Virus record (IMG/VR): IMGVR_UViG_3300009157_000025
Span: 1 to 47,354 of that record
Source: a virus
Taxonomy: Duplodnaviria; Caudoviricetes
Reading direction: 5' to 3' (one strand)
Length of the DNA: 47,354 bases
Under the pieces are notes generated by a model that saw nothing but the letters and a program-made list of their open reading frames with translations, was not told the origin of the DNA and did no database searches. The position numbers were made by a program, and so were the translations under genes. This document shows positions 46,352 to 47,354 of this stretch, piece by piece; the stretch's first letter is position 1, and every line of letters begins with the position of its first letter.

Positions 46352-46384
46352 GGGGGAGAGACTGCAAATCTCCCCTATTCTTTT
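46352..46384 (+). terminator. probable intrinsic terminator
   Basis: GGGGAGA...TCTCCCC stem followed by TATTCTTTT. Confidence 0.5.
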
Positions 46385-46412
46385 GCTCAAAATTCTCGAT
46401 AGGATACTTTTT

Positions 46413-46793
46413 ATGGCGTATACTCTGCAAGGAACTAAAGATTGTGCTGTAGTTTCTATCTGTAACTTTACAGGTAAATCCTATGATGAAGTTTTAGCTG
46501 CGGGGGAGATTATTACTCCTAATTTTAGGACTGCGGTTAGAATACGTGGCACGTATCATCACGAAGTTACTTTCATCCTTGCACACTTAACTAAACGTGC
46601 ATGGACTGAGACTACTCCGCGCAGGGGGCAAGATAAATTAAACGGTATTCTTAGCTGGCATAAACCGGGATATGCTAAGGGACATATGACCGCATGTATT
46701 AATGGTCATGTATTCGATACTAATGGCAAAACTTGGCCGATTGAAGAATATCGTAGGGTATATAACTTCTGTCTTAGAAAGGTGTGGAAATGA
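46413..46793 (+). CDS. small papain/C39-peptidase-like fold protein (start MAYTLQ)
   Basis: DCAV.SI...G.SY..V; GH.TA.ING...DT (Cys-His-Asp). Confidence 0.6.
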   Translation: MAYTLQGTKDCAVVSICNFTGKSYDEVLAAGEIITPNFRTAVRIRGTYHHEVTFILAHLTKRAWTETTPRRGQDKLNGILSWHKPGYAKGHMTACINGHVFDTNGKTWPIEEYRRVYNFCLRKVWK

Positions 46794-46933
46794 AAGTATA
46801 TGTATTGATAGAGTTTTTCCAAACCTACAATAAAGTAGTTGCTGTATTTATAAGCAGTGAAGCTGCTATCAAGTTTGCTAAAGACTTTAACATTCAATCT
46901 TGGCATATTGACATTCACACTTTGAGGTATTAA
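46790..46933 (+). CDS. 47-aa hypothetical protein
   Basis: Translated by hand: MKVYVL...VVAVF.S.EAA; ATGA coupling. Confidence 0.6.
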   Translation: MKVYVLIEFFQTYNKVVAVFISSEAAIKFAKDFNIQSWHIDIHTLRY

Positions 46934-46963
46934 ATAGTATGTAGAAATAATTAATTATCAGGG

Positions 46964-47354
<391 letters not shown>

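Noticed and set aside
230-46933. Stop-codon reassignment
   Set aside because: Genes are long and tightly packed under the standard code; TAA, TAG and TGA all end genes; the tRNA is not a suppressor.

Overview
The window looks like an essentially complete ~47 kb tailed-phage genome. It is podovirus-like (no tape-measure or sheath gene), has no integrase or repressor, and is AT-rich (about 40% GC by eye). The ends are low-quality, homopolymer-rich copies of each other around a poly(dT) tract, so the genome maps as a circle. Layout: early and replication genes on + (44453-46933, continuing through 230-18111) and a morphogenesis operon on - (44279 to 18001), driven by divergent sigma70-type promoters at ~44300-44416. 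Replication genes include a SprT-protease/SNF2-helicase fusion, a Cas4-like nuclease, a Sak4-like ATPase, an SSB, a cold-shock protein, a split UDG-PolA DNA polymerase and a DUF3987-like helicase; tRNA-Leu(UAA) follows. Structural genes include TerS, TerL, portal, scaffold, major capsid, a methyltransferase/radical SAM/glycosyltransferase cassette, adaptor, nozzle, collagen fibre, ejection proteins and a 1838-aa polyvalent protein. Most striking observations: (1) a textbook prfB/RF2-type +1 frameshift cassette (GGAGG-TAT-CTT-TGA-C) joining two phage ORFs; (2) two nearly adjacent early genes carrying fragments of structural proteins (a terminase ATPase fragment and the N-terminal motif of the phage's own capsid protein), which are candidate decoys; (3) a PolA split by four inserted genes, with an aberrant O-helix; (4) a strongly over-represented GC-rich octamer, CRGSCGCG. 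All assignments come from motif recognition by eye; no searches were run.
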